Below, piece by piece: positions 12,440 to 24,012 of a DNA stretch of 64,000 nucleotides (within the stretch, counting starts at the first letter, position 1; the number at the start of each line of letters is the position of its first letter). The DNA is from Podarcis erhardii (Eukaryota): the NCBI GenBank assembly GCA_964252035.1, contig OZ176209.1, one strand, 5' to 3'. The notes under the pieces were generated by a model. That model ran no database searches, was not told the DNA's origin, and worked only from the letters and a program-made list of their open reading frames with translations. The position numbers and the translations under genes are program-made.

Positions 12440-12597
12440 TCGCCAGAAGCGGCTTAGTCATGCTAGCCACATGACCCGGAAAAACTGTCTGTGGAAGCGG
12501 ACAAACGCCGGTTCCCTCGGCCTGTAAAGCAAGATGAGCGCCGCAACCCCAGAGTCATTAGTGACTGGGTTTAATTGTCAGGGGTCCCTTTACCCTT
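12440..12597 (+). mobile_element. Sauria SINE, 5'-truncated
   Basis: SINE 3' half; TSD taatct at 12434-12439 and 12598-12603. Confidence 0.85.
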
Positions 12598-13840
12598 TAA
12601 TCTGCTGTAGAAGGGCTCCTGTGCCTGCAAATTTCATCCACTTTGGCTAAAGGAGGGGGAGTTATAACCAGTTTTAGATTACCCAATATAGTGAATGGGG
12701 AAACATAGAAGCACAGGAAATTGCCTTATGCTGGTTCAGACTAGAGATCCGTCTAGCTTAGTATTGTCTACAGTGATTGGCAGTGGAGAGGGTTTTGAAC
12801 AGAGCAGCTCAGAACCCAAAACACAGACTGCTGAGAAGATAGCATAGGGCAACTCAGAGAGATATTGGATTTATTTTTTTAATGGCTACAATGGTAATCT
12901 TGGGGCCTGCTCTGACCCTTAATAAACAGTCTTTTGAGCACATGCTTGTAGAGTGATTTCCCCCATCAGGTATTAAGGGGCAGAGCTTCCAGGCAGCCTA
13001 TAGGCCAGGAATGCTCTTTAGGATGGAAGCCCTATGCTTTTCCACTTAGGTGCCCATATAATTTGTCATCGAGGCTGGGGAGATGAGGGACAAATCCTAT
13101 AATGAGAGAAAGTGTTATCGGCTTCCTTTATATACAGTGCGACAAGATCTTTTGTTCCTTCACAACAATTTTGTTCTTTCCCAAAATTCCTGTACTTGAA
13201 CACAGCTTTTCCCAGTGTTATGCTTTAGAGGAATGTGTTTCATAATTCTGTATATTTTAGCTGGCACAATGTACCATCTGGACATGAAATTAATTTGAGT
13301 CTCCTGAAAATTAGTACAGTGAAGCAAGCCTCAATTCTATCAGGGAGAAGAATATTTGCAATCAGGAAAGACGGAATTCTAGCATAGAGAATGTTGCTTA
13401 TAATGCCATTAAGTTTTCTCATCAGATCTGTAATGTTTAAAATTTATGGTTGAAAACAGCAACGTGTTGAGCCACATTCACACCATATATTTGAAGCACT
13501 ATGATACCATTTTAAACAGTCATGACTTCCTCCAAATAATTCTGGAAGCTGCAGTTTCTGAAGGAAGCTGATGGTTGTTAGGAGGATTTTGTTCCTCTCT
13601 AAACCCCCTGAGTGGTTTAACAGTCAATTCTGCTTCACAGGGAACTCTGGGAATTGCAGCTCTGAGAGAGGAGTAGGTGTGCCCTATCTCCATAATTTGG
13701 GGAGTCTACTGGTAGACCTCTTTGTATGTAGACTTTAGCTTTTGGAAGCAGGCTATCCCTACATTATATATTAGACATTTCTTTATGTTGGACATACCTG
13801 GAGGTACCCTCCCAAAGTATGGCCAGGTCATTCTAAATGG

Positions 13841-13968
13841 CAAAGGTAGCCAACATGGTGGCCTCCAGATGTTGTTGGACTTCAAGTCCCATTAGTGTCA
13901 GCCAGCATGGTCAGGAATGGTGGGAGTTGTAGTCTAACACCTGGAGGTCACCACCATGGCTAGCCCTG
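13841..13968. mobile_element. Degenerate hAT-like MITE (ctccagatgttgttggactacaa family)
   Basis: Imperfect TIRs and internal quasi-palindrome. Many degraded relatives, e.g. ~2210-2320, 17040-17110, 35845-35960, 46660-46760. Confidence 0.55.
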
Positions 13969-14048
13969 GTATACACTGACTACAGTAGCTCTCCAGGAAC
14001 CCAAGCAGAGATCTTCCCCACCAGTTGTTACCAAGCAGTTGCTACCGA

Positions 14049-14218
14049 GCAGGTAGCTGTGTCTGTAGAGCAAGAGACACTTAATCACAGGGTCCCGGGT
14101 TCAAGCCCCATGTTGGGCAAAACAGAATTCTGCATTGCAGGGGGTTGGGCTAGATGACCCTCATGATCCCTTCCAACTATACAATTTCAGGCTTCTAGAC
14201 TGGAGGTCTATGATTCTA
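14049..14218 (+). mobile_element. tRNA-head SINE with CR1-type tail
   Basis: B-box-like gggttcaagccc followed by the CR1 3' motif gatgaccctcatgatcccttccaactatacaatt...ctatgattcta. Confidence 0.65.
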
Positions 14219-14520
14219 GACCTTATTCATGAAAAATATGTGCTCTAGAGCCAACAGTTCCATCCCACCTTTTCTCCAGAGCATGGAAGTTGTCTTATTT
14301 CTTTACAAAGTCAGAGTAAAATCCAGAAGGTTTCAGAATGCAGTGGGGAACTTGTCAGTTCTGAAATGGTGTATCAACATTTCAGATTTCATCTTGATAG
14401 CTACCTTCTTGGGAACAAAGGGATCATGAGAGCTCAGTTCTTTGCTGCTCAGCTAGATATGCTGGTGAATTAAAAAAGAAAGAGGAAGAGAAGAGGAAAA
14501 TGAAAAGACCTCTGCAGGGC

Positions 14521-14544
14521 TGTGTGTGTGTGTGTGTGTGTGTG
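14521..14544. repeat. (TG)n microsatellite
   Basis: Direct reading. Confidence 0.95.
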
Positions 14545-15988
14545 TTGTTTCTCCATTAATACCTATTGTGGGAATGGATAGAAGGGGATTAAAAATGTCT
14601 GTGATGAGCCAACACTTTGTTTAAATCCACTCTTCGATCTAATCTCCCATTGACCGGGAAGCATCACACAGGGACGTCTTGGAGGAATTATCACAAATCC
14701 CTTTTAAACTCTTCAGTGCCTTCCCTCCCCCCTTCCCTTTGCATTTACACTCCTTGATGCTTTATTAGTAGCTGAGGACTTGGCCAGAGAGCATCACGGG
14801 TAATCAATTAAGATGCAAACTTTCACCATTTGAGATGTATTATCATGGTCCCACTGACACTTTCTTAAATGCAAACGAGATCTATCACATCTCAAATGAA
14901 TTCAAAGAGAAGATTAAAGATTCCTACTGTCTCAGTGCAGGATTCAGTACAAATGAGAGAGAAGAGCAGGAGAGAAGAGATGAACAGAGGTAGGGAACCA
15001 ATCTCATCTGCAACCACTCTAGCATGGTTTGGTGGTTGGAGCGATACCAATTCAGAGTTTTGACTTGCGTGTCACATGATGTTTTGGTGTTGTCCTCATG
15101 TGACATCTGCCCTAAGGATACTATGGCGAGGACTGAGTCTTGTCTACTTAAAGCTGTATGTGTGCCTTTTATTTTAAAAATCATCTTGTATTACTAAAGC
15201 AACAAACTGAACATTTGGACTGTATCTGCATTGCGTCTGAAAATATTACAGCATTCGGCTCTTTGGGTTTTGGTGAAGAGTAGGGACAGGCAAGTCTATC
15301 AATTTTGCTTTCTCATTTTTCCAATCTTAAATTCAGTTCTCCACAGATCCCTATCCGTTTGCTTTTCTAAAATAAAAAAAGTCACCTTAAAAAACCCATC
15401 AGCATTTTTGTGTATATTAAGCACGATTGCATAAAAAATGTGCATACTTTTTTATGCAATCTTGCTTAATGTACACAATTTCCAAAGCAATATACTCAAT
15501 TTCCAAAGAATGTTTATTTTCACTATTTTTATGCACACACTACCATTCTATATGCATTTTTGCACATGTTACGTATTTGCCTTGAGAAGTGCACTGCAAA
15601 ATTCAGAGAAGTGAACATTTCAGAGAATGGCCATGTTTTGGTATGGTTCCAGAAAGTGTGAATTGGGTAGGTTTCCCTTTAAACACAAACAGAATCTCAT
15701 TTCTCCCCCATTACTAGTAGAGAGTTTGGTTATTATAAGCACAACCACATGCTCAAATCCTTGCATGAAAAGACAGGGCAATCCAGGACCTGAAGGTGTG
15801 CCACATCATGCCACACCATGCATGGAGCTGTCGTGTGAGTAGGCTACCCCATTCACTTCAATATTGGGGAAGGTTGTACATGTGCAAAAGAGTCATGTGC
15901 CCCTTCCATTGAAATGAATAAGGAAGTGCTTGATTGCGTAGGAACTCTATATATGTATCAAGGCTCCCATGTTCTCAAAGTATTACAG

Positions 15989-16124
15989 CAGGCATAGGCA
16001 ATCTTTGGCCCTCCAGATGTTTTGGACTACAATTCCCATCATCTCGGACCACTGGTCCTGTTAGCTAGGGATCATGGCAGTTGTAGGCCAAAACATCTGG
16101 AGGGCTGAAGGTTGCTTATGCCTG
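15989..16124. mobile_element. hAT MITE, intact
   Basis: TIR caggcataggcaa / ttgcttatgcctg; perfect 8-bp TSD tattacag at 15981-15988 and 16125-16132. Confidence 0.92.
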
Positions 16125-18314
16125 TATTACAGGAACAGGGTGACTCTGATTCTAGCTATTCATTGCTATCCTATCTTAAATCCTAATGCGCTATGAACCG
16201 CCTGCTTCAAACTAGCATATTTCTTTCTGGAGAAAGGATTCAATGGCTACTCTGGATTTATTTATGCTGTGCGTGGAACTGGGTTTAAAGGTATAAGCAG
16301 TACCTATGCAGAGATGAATCCTCCTTACACAACTGTCAAACAATTATCCGAAATTTATGGTTGCTCCTTTCCTTGTCCTTCACGTTAGAGGAAATTCTGT
16401 GTGTCAGAATCTCTCATTTTTCCCCAGTGTCTGATTGCCTTCGATGCCCTCAAGGCAACTTGGATAAAAGAGGTTAGTAGCATAGGCATAGAGTCACTAG
16501 TTAGAGAAACTGCCAGTAGATGGCACTCCATAATATGTAACTTAGATTTTGCCATCAACAAGGAAGAAAGAGGAAGAAAATACTGTTCCCCTCGGATTCC
16601 AGTATGCTTTTAAAAGGAAGAAACTGAAAGAATCCAAGATAAATATTCTTTAGCGTTTCCTTTTTCTGGGATTTCTTCGGCAATGGCTTTCATTTACATT
16701 TTAAGGATTAAAGTTTATTTTAAAAATTAAAATGAAGTGGGTAACAAGGTAAGTTGGTTTCCTGCTACACTGTTGTACTAGTGGACACATTCATAAGTGC
16801 CCAGGAACAGAACCCATGATTTCAAGGCTACCATCAGCACAGTGTACTGAATAGTCAAATGGGAAAATACTAGGTTTCCAAAGAAGTGGTTTTCAAAATT
16901 TTAGTCACTGTTCTGATCACTGGATGGAGTTTGGTGGGCAAGGCGTTGGAGCCTGGAATGTTTGGTGAGTCCTGGTGGATTTTGATATGTTGGGAGCAGA
17001 GATGCAGAATCAATAGAAAAGAAATTAACTTTTACTCCAGCAGTGGAGAACCTATGGCCCTCCAGATGTTCTTGAACTCCAATTTCCATCAGTCCCAGTC
17101 ACAATGGCTCAATGGAGGGGTGGGGAACTTGCAGCCCATGGGCGGAATTAGGCCCGTAAGGCCTCCTAGTTTGGTCCATATAACCATTTTGTCCAAGCCA
17201 AATCCACCTGCCTATAAAGACCAGGTTCAGCCAAAGAGGTGTGTGAAGGTACCACCTATCAGCTGTTCAGCGATGCCTGGAATGCCCTGCAAAATGAACC
17301 ATGCACAGAGCTTTGCAAGATCCGACAACCACCTGATTATCAGTCTTGTGGAGCCCCTTGCAAAGTGCTCTGCAAAACTCTTCCGAAGTACTTTGCAAGG
17401 GGTTTCTCAAGACCTGACTGTCAGCTGATTATTGGTTTTTATGGAGCACTTTGTAAGGGATTCTGCAAGACCCAATCCTTTGCTGATGGTTGGTGTTTTG
17501 TAGGCTGTTCTTTTGCCTGCATAGTTTGATATGAAACCATGTCAGTAAAAAGCATCATCTCATGTCATTGTGATGTCATCTGTGATGGACAACTGGGCAT
17601 CTCTGCCCATCTGTCAAACTTGGACTGCAATGGGTGGAGGAGCAGAGATAACAGTCTGGCCTGTTGGTAAGATCCTGTTCTTCACCCCTGGCCTGTCATC
17701 AGGGATTTTGGGAGTTGTAGTCCAACAACATCTGGAGCGCCCCACATTCTTCACTCCAATTCTACTACCAGGTTCTGCTTCAAAGTATCTAGTTTCTTCA
17801 AGAAAATACCTGACACTGCCCAAGGCAGTACAAATTGCTGATTGGGCAGGTGAAATACTTGGCATTTGGCAACCCTACAAGTGCTCATCTAGGAAATGTC
17901 AATTTCTGAGCCTTTTTGTAATCTGCAATCATATTCCCATGTCTCTGTGGCTTAAAAACCTGGGCTTCTGCTTTTAATAAAATCAAAGCTGGATTTTTCA
18001 AGTCAGTCATACCAACCTGTGCAACTTTAAGATCTGTGAAGCAATCTTAGATTGATGTGCCAGCTACAGACTCCAGTCTTCTTAAACTCCTAATGGAGCT
18101 GAAGAATAAACCTGCTTCACTCATTCTACACTGAGTGGTGAAAAGTTCAAGGCAGTATTTACAGGGTCCATTTTCTGTGGGGGAGAGCACTGTGAAGATA
18201 TAATGTCTCTTCATAACAACACACACAGAGACACACAACCCTGCTTATTTACTTGTTCAGTCTGGGCAAAAAATAAAAAATAAATATGAAAGAACTGTAG
18301 CTACAAGAGAAGGC

Positions 18315-18555
18315 AGAAGACAGAGCTTAAACTAATGGGTGGCAATCAAAGGGAAGCATATTTCAGGTAACAGTTAGGAGAAACTTGGCTGTTTGATACG
18401 GTAATACCTTGCCTTGGATAATGATGGGCTCACCTACTGAAGTTATTTACACAGAGACTTGACAGCCATCTGACTAACCTGCAACCTTCATCGTAGATCA
18501 TGCACTTAGCAGGAAATTGGATTAGATAACCTCCAAATAAACTTTTCCAGTTTTA
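18315..18555 (+). mobile_element. Old CR1 LINE 3' fragment
   Basis: Degraded CR1 3' sequence (aggagaaactt...gcaggaaattggattagataacctcc...ttttccagttttaa). Confidence 0.55.
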
Positions 18556-18871
18556 AACATCTGAGCCTATAGTTTGAAGCAGGGAAAATACTAGTTCTAA
18601 AGCCACAACAGGTCAAGCCCTAGGTTTAGCCAGAGCAAAATAAGAAGCTTATATTGCTTATGCCTCATTTTTTTTAGAGAGTAAAAATAAGTTTATGCAT
18701 GGAGATTATTCTGAGGCCACCTGCCTCTTGCCATTAGGTCCTGATCTGCTTTCTTTGGTACTTAACCTGTTCTGTTTTCAACCAGATCCATAGCTGCACA
18801 TAAACAAATCAACCAATTTACACCCCCCTCCCCAAGTTTCATTGCAAATAGTCGATAGTCCACATGGAATA

Positions 18872-19096
18872 CAGTGGTACCTCGGGTTAAGTACTCAATT
18901 CGTTCCGGAGGTCCGTTCTTAACCTGAAACTATTCTTAACCTGAAGACCACTTTAGCTAAAGGGGCCTCCAGCTGCTGCTGAGCCGCCGGAGCATGATTT
19001 CTGTTCTCATCCTAAAGCAAAGTTCTTAACCCGAGGTACTATTTCTGGGTTAGCAGAGTCCGTAACCTGAAGCGTATGTAACCCGAGGTACCACTG
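18872..19096. mobile_element. Tc1/mariner (Tigger/pogo-like) MITE
   Basis: 18-bp perfect TIR cagtggtacctcgggtta; TA duplication at 18870-18871 and 19097-19098; second copy at 32724-33182. Confidence 0.9.
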
Positions 19097-20270
19097 TATA
19101 AATATAGGCAGAGGTCTTTGCTGCTTTCTTCGTTGCATGGGCTCACAGAAACCCTGCAAGAGCCAAGTAAAAATGCTTTCCACTAGCCATTCTGATGTTT
19201 TCCAGCAAATGCATGTTGTCTGTTTTTCCAGATCAGGTTATCAAACATTTCTGTTTGTTTTCTCTTGATAGCTATTTAATCAACCTGATCTACCCCACCA
19301 GTCCAAGGGAGAGAAAGTAAGAGGGAAAAAGCAGTGCCTTCAGCATATTCCAGAAACCCATTACTATACACTTTTTCACCACCGTCCATCACATCATCAG
19401 TGAAATATTTTTTTAAAGAAATATTAATAAATTTAGCTTCAGAGCAGCCCTATGAAATTAATTATTTTCATATATTCTTTTCTAAAAAGAAAAAAGTATA
19501 ACTCTTAAGGCACAGTAACTGGTGCAGAATCACACAAAGGATCTTAAAGTCAGAGGTAAGAAACTGCATGTTATGAAACCGTAATGATGGTTTACTCTCA
19601 GGGCCACCCGTCTGCTGATGAATGACAGTTCTGCTCTATAGGAGCTCCACTGGCAGAACCCATCTCTGCTTGCATATATTAATTTCAGAAAAGGCACCGA
19701 AGGAAATGCAAAGAAACGTCTGAGTTCTAACGAATGCAAAATTCCTAATATGAACTGAGCCAGTACTCCCTCTTCCATACATATTTGCAGTGGGTTAAGA
19801 AATAATTAATGCACAGAATATCTTGTTGGAAATTTGTTTTGCTTTTTGCATGCGTCTTACACGGATACTTGACGGCAAACAGCTACACCATCTCAAGCTC
19901 TATGGCTTTTTGTGAGATAGGAAAGGCCTTGAAACAAGACTCCCATCCAGCAAGATATAACTATAGCTTGCATTATCGTCAAGTCAATGAAATGTTTAAA
20001 GAAAACAAAAGTAAAAATGGATTTGTAAATAGCAATTCGAGATTAGAATTGGAATTGCTAAATAATAAATTTAAAATACTATCCAAAATGTATAGATTAC
20101 TATTGGAATGACATTTAAAAGATGAAGTTAAAATAGGTTATGATACATTGGGCTACAGACATAGGCCACAATATACCAATAGATGATTGGGGGAGATTAT
20201 GGAAAGAGGGAATAAACTTTACTGCCTGCAGTGCGCTAAAAGAAAATACAATGAAAATGATGTATAGATG

Positions 20271-20675
20271 TGTAATGGGATAAGGGGTTGTTTGTGCGTA
20301 AGCGCCGAACCGCTCCAAGCTGAGTAGTTGGCTAAAACTTTCCCTGACCGGGCAGCCCTTACTTCATGGCTGTCTTAATCACTGGCAGAATCCGTCAGTG
20401 GGCGTTTCCTGAATTTCTTCCAACATAAAAGCTCCTTGACAGAGAGTCTCCGCCTAGATTCCCTGCGCGACAGCTTTCTGCACAGAGTGGGCGTCCCAAG
20501 GGGAGGTCCTGAGCTCTCTCCACTGATCTCGCTGGAAGCGTCCCTGAGCCTTCCGTCTGACGCCCCCTCCTCCTCTCCTTCCTCAGTGGAAGCTCTCCCT
20601 CTTTCCCTGCTGGTTCCCTCCCCAGCGTACGGGAGCCTTGCCACCCCCCTGGGCTCCGATGGCAGTTCCCTGACA
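20271..20675 (-). mobile_element. Solo LTR 'A' (405 bp), probably Ty3/Gypsy
   Basis: TG...CA termini; 5-bp TSD agatg at 20266-20270 and 20676-20680. Orientation inferred from similarity to LTR B; superfamily is inference. Confidence 0.88.
20375..20674 (-). CDS. Putative LTR-encoded ORF fragment (99 aa, open from LTR nt 2, no start codon inside the LTR)
   Basis: VRELPSEPRG...EEGEEEGASD...TPTLCRKLSRRESRRRLSVKELLCWKKFRKRPLTDSASD*; shares a 25-aa motif with the LTR B frame. Confidence 0.5.
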   Translation of the reverse strand, partial: VRELPSEPRGVARLPYAGEGTSRERGRASTEEGEEEGASDGRLRDASSEISGESSGPPLGTPTLCRKLSRRESRRRLSVKELLCWKKFRKRPLTDSASD

Positions 20676-21398
20676 AGATGGTATATAACACCAGTAAAAC
20701 TAGCCAAAATGTATAAAACAAATAATAAATGTTGGAAATGTGAAGAAAAAGAAGGCACGTTATACCATATGTGGTGGGAATGTAAGAAAGTAAAAGACTT
20801 CTGGGAAATGATTTATAATGAAATTAAAAAAAATGTTGAAATATACATTTCCCCCCCAAAAACCAGAAACTCTTATACTTGGCATGGTAGGTTCAGAAAT
20901 CCATAACAATGATAAAAAAAAAATGTTTTTATATGTGACCACTGCAGCAAGAATATTATTAGCCCAACGTTGGAAACAAGAGGAAAAATCAACAAAAGAA
21001 GAGTGGCAAACGAAACTGATGGACTATGCCGAGCTGGCGAGACTAACAGGGAAAATCCGAAACCAGCAGGACCAAATTTTCCTATAGGACTGGAAGAAAT
21101 TTATGTTGTATTTGAAAGACAATTGTAATTATTTCACATTGCTTGTAGGGTTACAAGAAGTTTTGTAAGGAGGACTTTATAAATCATTGTGGAAAGGATT
21201 AAAAATAGATGATGTAAGAGTGGATTTAAAGCAATAAGTATAGTAATAAAATGCAAAAATAGAGAGGAATTTAGAAAACCATTAGAAGGGGGTTGAGGGA
21301 AGTCTTAGGCTGTGATAGCCAAATATTTGTTATAATGTTATTAAGTTGTTATGTTTGGAAATTTGTGCAAAAAACCAATAAAAATTATAGATTATAGG

Positions 21399-21473
21399 TA
21401 GATATAGATATAGATATAGATATAGATATAGATATAGATATAGATATAGATATAGATATAGATATAGATATAG
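21399..21473. repeat. (GATATA)n microsatellite at the L1 tail
   Basis: Direct reading, about 12 units. Confidence 0.95.
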
Positions 21474-23880
21474 AGACTGTAGCTTCTTTTGACTGCTCCT
21501 CCTCCAATAAAACATGTGGCAAAAACATGTGTTCTAAAACATGTGGCAAAAAATATAATCTCTCTTGAATATGTAGTTGACTCTAATTCATGACCCTTTG
21601 GGGGATGGGGAATCTGTGAGCATCTGGATGTTGTTAGTTTCCAGCACTATATTATTACTTTTAAAACTTTGGACATAGTTGTTGAGTCTGTTATGTATGA
21701 AAAAAATAAAAAAAAGACCCACTGACCCTCACTGAGAAAATGATGAAGCCAGATCCCATTGGCCGTACATTGGCCATTTTTCTCACTGCACAAAGTCTGA
21801 TTTCACATTATGAGTTCAGGAAGAAGAGGCAGCAGACATAGGTGTTTATGTGGGGAATAGCACAGAAACAGCATTAGCCGTAGCACTAGGAAATGTGGCA
21901 CCACTTAGGACTGAATATAATTAAGCATTCCACGTGCCCCCAGGAGAAGTTGTGACATAACTGAAAATCAAAAGTGGTGAATATTTAGTGCAAAATTAGA
22001 GCAATAATAAGGCATAATATGAAACAGTGGCCAACAACAGTGATAAAAGCCTATTCCAGCAAAATGCAGCAGCACCAAAACCTTCTTCAGGAACATTACA
22101 ACAGCAGGTACAGTCAACAAAATATCTCCCGTCAGTCTATCCAAAAGCCTGGGAGATATGGCTAAATATAACATCGATAGTATTTCAGAACTCCCCATTA
22201 CACAACTACATAGATGCATCTCTTTTTGTTCACATTTGCCTGTTATACATATTTTTGCACATTTCTCCTACTAACTCACACTTTTGACTATGGACTCCAA
22301 ACAAAAGCTTCCTCCCCTCCCCCAAATGTGGCTACAATTTCCTTTAAGCTTTCCTAGTGCTCAAATCCAGCAACTTTTTGAAGTTTCATCTCTCCTTTTT
22401 TTAGTTTCATGTTCCTTTGGCACAAAGTCCCTCTTTTCTTGCTTGAGCAATATGGGTTCCATTTGGAATGCACATAGATCAGTTACCTGGGCCTTGCTAA
22501 CAACGTAAAACAGTTCCCAGCAAGCAAAACTCAGCATTTATCTTGCTTTATTCTGATGCTGGATGATCTGAATAACACAAATGGTGCATTGAAAATTGCT
22601 CAGAGTAGAATTTATCTGCCAGCGCTGTATCTGGGCTGTTGTCTAGTAACCCACTGCCTTTGGCAGCACAGCGTCTTGCATTGGTGATTTTCTTGTCAGG
22701 TGGAACTGTCTGAGATTGATTATAAGGCTGGTCAGGTTCCTCCCTTTCCCCAACCTTGAAAATGCTTGTCTGCCTGTGGAAGCCCCATTCCGTGTGTTGG
22801 ACAGCTCTGGATTGACGGGCTTGGCAGAAGGTGTAATTTGTAACTCCGAGGGAGGCTGACAGGGATAACTAAGCAGTCTGAGGTTTCAACTTTTGGAATG
22901 ATGTTAAAGGAAAATTTGTTCTATCTTTTCAACTGGTATAACTATGTGTTTGGGACATGCAGAACCAGGTGCAAGCGCCAGCTAGCTGAATGGGAAGAAG
23001 CAGAAATAGCTAAAGCAAGAACATTGATCTAAACGACTAGGTGGCAAGCCAGTGAAGAGGTAAATGGTGATGTTGGTGAGAAAAAATAGTAGAAATTATT
23101 ACTGTTAACCAATGATGTAGCCCATTCAGGCCTGTTTTCATGATCATTTACCTCTAGAGTATGGGACTGTCAATGTGTGGTCCTCCAGATGCTTTTGCTG
23201 GTCTAGAACTTCCATCATTCCTGAACATTAGCCATGCTGTCTGGAGATGATTGGCTTTGTAGTGGAAGAGCCACCACAGAACAAATGTAGGGATAATATA
23301 ATACAGGAAGTGGTCTCACTGCTTGGAATTAGCCAAGTCAATGACTCTCATGTTGTTATTTGTAGAATGTATTTATCTACACAGTCAAAAGATTCACAGG
23401 CCACCACTGCAGGAACTTTCAAGGCAGCTACAGAAAAAAGATAAAATACACTGATAAAATACAATAGTAACATGGATGGGTGTCCCAAAGACATCTATTG
23501 GAACTTCCTCTCCAATGGTGGAAAGAGAGGTCTGTGCCCAGAGAGGGAAATCTGGTGTCAGACGCCTCCTCTGAGGCTGCTTAGGTGTTTCAGGTGCATT
23601 CTAGGTTTGTACTGGGAGAGGCTGTAGATCCATAGTCTCTCCCAGCATGCCCTCAAATCCAAAAAGAAGAACTTCTGATTCATGTCTAGAATATACAAAC
23701 GAAGGGTGTTGAACTATTAGCCCCAGCAAGCATGGATCATGGTAGTTCAACAACACCTGAAAGACCGTTGGAAGGCCTAGGGTAGGGGCAGGAATGTGGG
23801 GGCTTTTAGGTGGTATTGGACCACAGCTCCCACCAGCTAGTGTGCCCAATGATATGATCTGAGCTGTAAACCAATGAGTA

Positions 23881-24012
23881 CGGGCTTTTTTCAGGGGGAA
23901 CTCACAAGAACTAAGTTACAGCACCTCTCAGGTGGGCACCATTGCCATTCTAAGAGAATAAGGGAGGTATTCTTGGTGAGTTCCGAAACCTCCTTTTGTA
24001 GAAAAATGGCAC
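23881..24012. mobile_element. Degenerate hAT-like MITE
   Basis: Termini cgggcttttttcagggggaactc / gagttccgaaacctccttttgtagaaaaatggcactg. Confidence 0.5.

Larger units (their letters stand above)
19970..21475 (+). pseudogene. 5'-truncated L1-clade LINE (ORF2 C-terminus and 3' UTR), interrupted by a solo LTR
   Basis: Zinc-knuckle CWKCEEKEGTLYHMWWEC. Removing 20271-20680 restores KMMYRWYITP. Stops and frameshifts are present. AATAAA precedes a (GATATA)n tail. Candidate TSD act(a/g)tagctt at 19960-19969 and 21476-21485. Confidence 0.85.

Noticed and set aside
16886-17428. 180-aa ORF
   Set aside because: It runs through MITE fragments, has no recognisable domain and starts at a GTG.
21330-21515. 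ORF with (LY)n repeat
   Set aside because: It is a translation of the (GATATA)n microsatellite.
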